IMG/VR virus record: IMGVR_UViG_3300021168_000005
Coordinates: 1 to 51,700 of that record
Strand: one strand, 5' to 3'
Length of the DNA stretch: 51,700 bases
Source: a virus
Taxonomy: Duplodnaviria > Caudoviricetes
Position numbers and translations under genes: made by a program
Notes under the pieces: generated by a model
What the model saw: only the letters and a program-made list of their open reading frames with translations
Databases searched by the model: none
Told to the model about the DNA's origin: nothing
Part shown: positions 46,657 through 51,700 of the stretch, one piece after another
Layout: every line of letters starts with the position of its first letter
How positions within the stretch are numbered: position 1 is the first letter of the stretch

Positions 46657-46876
46657 TGCTTCTGCTATTCGTAGTATTCGCAAAGCACAAAAAAGACGTT
46701 GGGCAGCATTTCATGCTGAACAAGACAAAACAAATGGAACTGTAAAAGTTACACAATCTGCAAAGACGGTAATGAAGGTGTTAGTAAATAGATTGTTATC
46801 TGAACGTACAAAGATATACAACAATCCGATGGAAGCATATATTGGTGGGTTTCTCGATGGAAGATCAAGTAAATAA
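46619..46876 (+). CDS. small basic protein with LSASAIRSIRKAQKRRWAA motif
   Basis: GAGGAG RBS before ATG 46619; K/R-rich. Confidence 0.65.
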   Translation: MAVKLKKVKRHLSASAIRSIRKAQKRRWAAFHAEQDKTNGTVKVTQSAKTVMKVLVNRLLSERTKIYNNPMEAYIGGFLDGRSSK

Positions 46877-46932
46877 TTTATAAAGCGGCTTAAAAAGCCG
46901 CTGGCATAAAATCTATTATAAGGAGTCACAAA

Positions 46933-47661
46933 GTGACTGAAGAAAACAAACTCGAAAAACCATCAAACATCGTTGAGATGTTTAAACCTAAGAAGTGGGG
47001 CATAGCTGCGGCAAAAGAACAAGCGAAGAAAGCAATTGCAGATTTAGACCCATCTACGATGGAACATCGTCTTGGAATCGTTTTCGATGATAGTGGTAGT
47101 ATGGGTTCTAAAGTAGATGATAAAACAAAAATAGATCATGCTCATGCAGGAATAAGAAACTTCACTGCACAATGTAATCCCAAGGATACTTCGTTAGCGA
47201 TTTATCCGCTTAATAAAACACCGCAGGCATTAACCTGCAATTACGACGTTCTCAATCTTTATGTAGGCACCATCAGAGAAAGTGGTGGAACTCCGTTATA
47301 TACAATCACAACTAAAATGCTCAACGAAGCTGATCTTACTCGTGGAGTATTATTTTCTGACGGGTCACCAACAGACGGTCATGCTGGTTATGGAGAAGAA
47401 TACGATAAAGACTTGAAAGAGGATATGATTAATTTGGCAATAGCCAAGAAAGTTCCTCTTGATACAATCTTTATTGGTTACGACGGCGAAAGTGGTTATG
47501 ATCTTCTGAAAGAAATAGCCGATCGCACAGGCGGTATCTTTGTTCATTTTAAAGATGCCAAGGCGCTAGGAGCTTCGCTTAAATACTTAGCACCCGCCTT
47601 GCGTGGAATCTTGATGAATGCAGAACTCAAAGAGAAAATACAACGTGGGGAAACAATATGA
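46933..47661 (+). CDS. von Willebrand factor A domain protein
   Basis: MIDAS DDSGS, GGTPL, LFSDGSP, LLKEIADRTGG. Confidence 0.9.
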   Translation: MTEENKLEKPSNIVEMFKPKKWGIAAAKEQAKKAIADLDPSTMEHRLGIVFDDSGSMGSKVDDKTKIDHAHAGIRNFTAQCNPKDTSLAIYPLNKTPQALTCNYDVLNLYVGTIRESGGTPLYTITTKMLNEADLTRGVLFSDGSPTDGHAGYGEEYDKDLKEDMINLAIAKKVPLDTIFIGYDGESGYDLLKEIADRTGGIFVHFKDAKALGASLKYLAPALRGILMNAELKEKIQRGETI

Positions 47662-48800
47662 ATCAGGTTAATAATATGAATCTAGAACAAACCAACAATA
47701 TAATTGCCCTTGGGCAGAAACTTGTTGGTTTAGGCATCGAAGCAAAATTCAGCCACGTTGAAGAAGGTCCGGTTGTCACAGTCTATTATTTTAAACTTGA
47801 CAGCGGCGAATCTGTTGCTAGAGTTATAAAACGAGCAGAAGATTTTGCTTTAGCAATGGAACAAGATAAAGTGATGGTTCAACGTGTCGGCGGTTTAATT
47901 GCCGTATTCGTTCCCAATGCAGAAAAAAAGATTGTAGACTTTAAGGATTATCTATACTGGTATCTCAATGATCCGAAAGTTAAAGCGCAAGCTCTTCCAA
48001 TTCCTTTGGGAGTTGATTATCGTGGTAATAAGAGTACTTTCGATTTAGTAGATATGCCACACTGTTTAATTACAGGTTCTACTAATAGCGGAAAATCCGT
48101 ACTCGAAGCGGCGATTCTTTCAGCGCTAAGCTTACATCGCGCGTCTAACGAGCTTAATTTCTATCTCTGCGATACTAAAATGGTCGATCTTCCACTTTTT
48201 AAAGATTTCCCACATGTAAAAGTAGTCGCAGATAACGTCCAAGCTTTTCATAATATGATGACTTGGATTATGCAAGAAACGCGGCGAAGACTCGCCGTCT
48301 TGCAAGGAGCTAGCTGTAGGAAAATCCAAGACTATCATAATATGTATAGCGGAGATATATCTATGATGCCGTATATCATAGTAATGATAGATGAGTTTGG
48401 AGACTTGATGGATCTTGACTCTGCAATTCGTAAAGGAGGCGATACCCTTGACGAAGTTCCTACCGTTAAACAATGGATTAAAAGTGCATCCCAAATATGC
48501 CGTGCAGCAGGCGTACATCTTATCTGTTGTACCCAACGCGCAAGCGTTAAAGTTGTTGATGGTGACATCAAAGCTAACCTACCTTGCAGGATTTCCCTTC
48601 GGTTGCCAACCCAAACGGATTCTCGTACTATTCTCGGTATTGGGGGAGCGGAGAATTTATTGGGCAATGGTGACATGCTTATCGCAAGGCCGGGAAAAGA
48701 TGCTCTTGAACGTTTTCACGGTCCATTTGTGTCGATGAATGATATAGCAGCGCTAATTTCTCAATATGATATGATGAAAACTATGTTCGCACCTAAATAA
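47658..48800 (+). CDS. FtsK/SpoIIIE-family ATPase (alpha+beta motor only)
   Basis: Alpha domain (GPVVTVY, VPN), PHCLITGSTNSGKS, VMIDEFGDL, RAAGVHLICCTQR, GAENLLGNGDML. Confidence 0.9.
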   Translation: MNQVNNMNLEQTNNIIALGQKLVGLGIEAKFSHVEEGPVVTVYYFKLDSGESVARVIKRAEDFALAMEQDKVMVQRVGGLIAVFVPNAEKKIVDFKDYLYWYLNDPKVKAQALPIPLGVDYRGNKSTFDLVDMPHCLITGSTNSGKSVLEAAILSALSLHRASNELNFYLCDTKMVDLPLFKDFPHVKVVADNVQAFHNMMTWIMQETRRRLAVLQGASCRKIQDYHNMYSGDISMMPYIIVMIDEFGDLMDLDSAIRKGGDTLDEVPTVKQWIKSASQICRAAGVHLICCTQRASVKVVDGDIKANLPCRISLRLPTQTDSRTILGIGGAENLLGNGDMLIARPGKDALERFHGPFVSMNDIAALISQYDMMKTMFAPK

Positions 48801-48816
48801 TATGCCTTGCTAAGAG

Positions 48817-48923
48817 TTTTCCACAGGTTTCTGTGGAAATGTGGGCAAATCTCAATAGTCTTGCAAAGGACTGAATCTAAAGAGAATAAAATTCTTGCAC
48901 CCACTCCCGCATACAGCTATTCT
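48817..48923 (+). promoter_or_regulatory. DnaA-box-like palindrome, IHF-like site and sigma70 promoter
   Basis: TTTTCCACAG-GTTT-CTGTGGAAA (48817-48839), CAAAGGACTGAAT, TTGCAC-N17-TATTCT (48895-48923). Confidence 0.55.
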
Positions 48924-48967
48924 AGCTGAGCAGTATACTTGATAGGGTGAGACAGGAATAATATAAC

Positions 48968-49174
48968 ATGGAAGCTGGAAGCAGAAATTTTCTTGGTGGA
49001 CATACAGCAAACTGGAGGGTTGTTAGTACTAAAATACCTCCTTCGGAATACAAAAAGTTAGTACAGCGCTATCCCGAAAGGGGTAAATACGCTAAGGTTT
49101 TACGCGCGCTAATACAAATGCATTTACAGGGGAAAATTAAAGATTTAGAATTTACAATCACGGAAACAATCTAA
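48968..49174 (+). CDS. ribbon-helix-helix (CopG/Arc-like) regulator
   Basis: RVVSTKIPPSEYKKL...YAKVLRALIQMHL strand-helix-helix pattern. Confidence 0.55.
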   Translation: MEAGSRNFLGGHTANWRVVSTKIPPSEYKKLVQRYPERGKYAKVLRALIQMHLQGKIKDLEFTITETI

Positions 49175-49197
49175 TCTCGAAAAGAGGCACAAACGTC

Positions 49198-49770
49198 ATG
49201 GCAGACGGACCAAACGGACAGTTAATAACGTGTAAGTATTGTCTAAATGAAAACGTAAAGAAGTGTCTTAAGTGTCAATCTACTTTTTGTAGTCTTCACG
49301 CTGCTGTATTCTCTCCGAATTTCTGCAAGGATTGCTTCAATAATCTGACTGCTGTCATGTCGCGATTTACGCGGACGACAACGGAGTATGATTCTGTTAC
49401 AGACACAGTCGAAAAGATAACCTCTGGATGTGATCGTATTCAATTAGATGGGCCGGACTGGATATTTTATTCTGAATGGATTGACAATCTCACAGACGAT
49501 GATCTTGCGACGATTTATGAATTTCACTACTTTGTATTGAAGTTGATTGAACACGATAATGAAGTTCGAAAAGTTAAGAAGGCTAGAAAACTTGCTTCGC
49601 AACCTACGCCTATCGGCGTTGTTACTACAAAGACTAGCTCTGTGAAACGCGAAGCGAAGCCTAAAGACATGCAGAAAGAACTGGAAAAGCTTAATCTTCC
49701 AGAAGCAACAATAAGAGCTATGTTGCAAGCAGCAGGAATATCATACAAGGAAAATTCGCAAAGTGCATAA
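49198..49770 (+). CDS. B-box/AN1-like Zn-finger protein
   Basis: CKYC-x6-CLKC-x3-CSLH-x7-CKDC. Confidence 0.65.
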   Translation: MADGPNGQLITCKYCLNENVKKCLKCQSTFCSLHAAVFSPNFCKDCFNNLTAVMSRFTRTTTEYDSVTDTVEKITSGCDRIQLDGPDWIFYSEWIDNLTDDDLATIYEFHYFVLKLIEHDNEVRKVKKARKLASQPTPIGVVTTKTSSVKREAKPKDMQKELEKLNLPEATIRAMLQAAGISYKENSQSA

Positions 49771-50199
49771 ATGACTTTAGAACAAAGATTATTACAAAAA
49801 AGAAGTATAGAAGATAGAGGATATTTAACACCATGCTGGATATTTACCGGAACTATAACTTATGGTTATGGTCGTATTAGAGATGTATATAAACTAGAAT
49901 CAGCTCATGTTGTTGCAGCTAAGTTATGGTTAAAAGATTATACACCAGCATTAAACGTATTACATAAGTGTGATATAAGAGCTTGCTTCAATCCAGATCA
50001 TTTATTTCAGGGAACACATAAAGATAATATGCAAGATTGTAGCAATAAAGGACGACGTTTTAACCAAAAGAAAACACATTGTTCCAAAGGACATCCATAT
50101 ACACCAGAAAATACATATATAAATAAGGGTCGTAGGCATTGTAAGATATGTCTAAGAGCCTGGCAGGTGCTATCCAATTATATGAGGAAGGCACCATGA
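49771..50199 (+). CDS. HNH homing-type endonuclease
   Basis: CWIFTG...GYG...VLHKCDIRACFNPDHL..GTHKDNMQD, plus THCSKGHPY...CKIC. Confidence 0.9.
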   Translation: MTLEQRLLQKRSIEDRGYLTPCWIFTGTITYGYGRIRDVYKLESAHVVAAKLWLKDYTPALNVLHKCDIRACFNPDHLFQGTHKDNMQDCSNKGRRFNQKKTHCSKGHPYTPENTYINKGRRHCKICLRAWQVLSNYMRKAP

Positions 50200-50675
50200 A
50201 TTTATGGCTGGTTGTAGAATATACTTACAACAGAACCTACTATCGTATGATTTGCGATAGTCAAGAGCAGGCGGAAGTTCTAAAGATTTATCTTGTTAAT
50301 AAAATAACCTACGATAGTTTCGGAGACATATGTTTGGGAGTTAATATTTTCGGACCGTTAACATTAAATATTTTAATGACCGATGTAGCAATGGTAAATA
50401 TTGATACGACCAGAGACTTACGTCCGCCAAAGATAAGCGAACCTCCTCCGAGAGAAACGACCGCAGGTGATTTTAAGATACAAGGTTCAGTAGTTACGGT
50501 CTTGCAAGATAAGAAAGTTCTAGATTCTATCCTTAACAAAATTGACAAAGTCGTTGATGAAAAATTTGCGAAGCTTAATGAAGACGAGAAGATGCGTAAA
50601 GATTTAGAAAAGTTAAAACTTTCGAAAGAAACAATCGACGCTATGATTGCGGCGCATAACACGGAGAAAAAATAG
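50196..50675 (+). CDS. hypothetical protein
   Basis: ATGA coupling to the HNH gene; shares a C-terminal motif with 49198-49770. Confidence 0.65.
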   Translation: MNLWLVVEYTYNRTYYRMICDSQEQAEVLKIYLVNKITYDSFGDICLGVNIFGPLTLNILMTDVAMVNIDTTRDLRPPKISEPPPRETTAGDFKIQGSVVTVLQDKKVLDSILNKIDKVVDEKFAKLNEDEKMRKDLEKLKLSKETIDAMIAAHNTEKK

Positions 50676-50890
50676 TGCTTTCTATACAAGCTATATCTCC
50701 TGAAAGATTTACTGTTCTATGTGACAGAGGAACTATTGAGGTTCATTCTGTTGGACAATTACAAAAAGTTTTAGAAGAACAACTCAATATTGAATTTGAA
50801 GTATATTTTGAAGATTTTGAAGAAATGACAATAATAAAGAAAGCACATATATTTGATAATTTTGTTAAGATTTTAAAAACAGGAGCCTAA
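50675..50890 (+). CDS. hypothetical protein
   Basis: GGAG RBS, GTG start. Confidence 0.55.
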   Translation: MLSIQAISPERFTVLCDRGTIEVHSVGQLQKVLEEQLNIEFEVYFEDFEEMTIIKKAHIFDNFVKILKTGA

Positions 50891-50891
50891 A

Positions 50892-51700
50892 TTGAATCCC
50901 ATCCAAGCGGCAGAAAAATATCATTGGGTTGTCTACGACAGTAAGACTAACACTATTGATCTTTTTATGGATCACCAGATGTTATCAACCTTGCGAACTT
51001 GTGAATCTAAGTTTGTTCTTGAACATATCCTCAATATCCGTCCGAAAGGCCATAAAGCTTGGAGTCTGGTATTCGGAGCTTGGATGCATTACTGCTTAGA
51101 GTTTTTTTACAACTCTATAAAAAATGATCCTAATGGCAGTCCTGTTAATGTTAATACATACGCTGCTTATGGTGCTGAAAAATGGAGAGAGTTTAACTTA
51201 GATGCTTACAAAGGCGAAACAAAGTATGAAGATATCGCAGGATGGAACGGAGCACTTGCGCTTCTTATAGAATATTATGCATTTTACATGCAACAACGTT
51301 TAAGAGTTGTTGCGTGCGAAATTCCTTTCGGTTTCGAAAAAGAAGTTTTCTTAGGACAATTCCATATATGGATAAATGGAATTCTAATTACTATTAACTG
51401 TTTTCTAACTGGCCGCATAGATATGCTCGTAGACAATGGTTCAATAATCGGTCCCGTCGATCATAAACATACTCATATTTTTCGCGGTGATGAGTATGAT
51501 AAATTTAATCCACACGACGGGATTTTAGGGTATATCTATGCGACCAATAAAATCATTGAAACTTATTTTCCCGGTTATAATAAACCCTGCATGGCAGGTT
51601 GGGTATTTCATATACAAGGAAAAGCACCTTCGGTGGAAAGAAAGACCAAAATATTGCGGCCTCGTTTTAAAGGTTCTAGGATTGATAAGACTCCAAGACA
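50892..51700 (+). CDS. PD-(D/E)XK Cas4/RecB-like exonuclease, 5' part (about 365 aa in total, ends at 416)
   Basis: Hand translation from TTG 50892 (AGGAG RBS): LSTLRTCESKF...FGAWMHYCLE...CEIPF...LTGRIDMLV...VDHK. Confidence 0.88.
   Translation, partial: MNPIQAAEKYHWVVYDSKTNTIDLFMDHQMLSTLRTCESKFVLEHILNIRPKGHKAWSLVFGAWMHYCLEFFYNSIKNDPNGSPVNVNTYAAYGAEKWREFNLDAYKGETKYEDIAGWNGALALLIEYYAFYMQQRLRVVACEIPFGFEKEVFLGQFHIWINGILITINCFLTGRIDMLVDNGSIIGPVDHKHTHIFRGDEYDKFNPHDGILGYIYATNKIIETYFPGYNKPCMAGWVFHIQGKAPSVERKTKILRPRFKGSRIDKTPR
51574..51700. repeat. 127-bp terminal direct repeat, copy 2
   Basis: Identical to 1-127. Confidence 0.95.

Noticed and set aside
47658-48800. FtsK-type ATPase as the genome-packaging motor of a non-tailed virus
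   Set aside because: A canonical TerS/TerL/portal set is present, and this gene is in the early arm and retains the FtsK alpha domain.
51574-51700. 127-bp terminal repeat as a biological direct terminal repeat
   Set aside because: It falls mid-gene and equals a typical assembler k-mer length, so it is best read as circular overlap.
50892-51700. Cas4 as evidence of a CRISPR-Cas system
   Set aside because: No cas1, cas2 or array; the Sak4 and SSB context indicates a phage recombination exonuclease.
1-51700. Stop-codon reassignment
   Set aside because: The standard code gives dense, full-length genes, and TAG, TGA and TAA all end credible genes.

Overview
The window is a complete circular or circularly permuted dsDNA tailed-phage genome of about 51,573 bp. 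Bases 1-127 repeat exactly at 51574-51700, and one PD-(D/E)XK gene reads through that junction. It looks podovirus-like: P22-like portal and terminase, Mu gpT-like capsid, large internal/ejection proteins, and no tape measure gene. A + strand arm (about 40163 through the origin to 8703) carries early and replication genes: Cas4-like exonuclease, Sak4-like ATPase, DUF669 SSB, a PolA split into UDG-like/exonuclease and polymerase genes, DUF3987 ATPase, MazG, DUF1599, vWA, FtsK, a J-domain protein and an HNH gene (a second HNH gene in this region lies on the - strand). A - strand arm (39290 to 8700) carries packaging, virion and lysis genes. I recognised no integrase, primase, RNA polymerase, tRNA or CRISPR array. 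Main oddities: (1) a GroES with a four-repeat DnaJ-type zinc finger in its mobile loop, plus a separate HARP-like/J-domain protein; (2) three fibre-like proteins with Sec-type signal peptides; (3) a late cassette of PurD-like ATP-grasp ligase, HExxE metalloprotein, stand-alone His-kinase H-box protein and small peptides; (4) a soluble FtsK motor coupled to a vWA protein; (5) a stand-alone copy of the DUF3987 winged-helix next to a 70-bp inverted repeat around a T20 tract; (6) several large structured intergenic RNA-like elements. All calls come from motif recognition by eye; no database searches were run.
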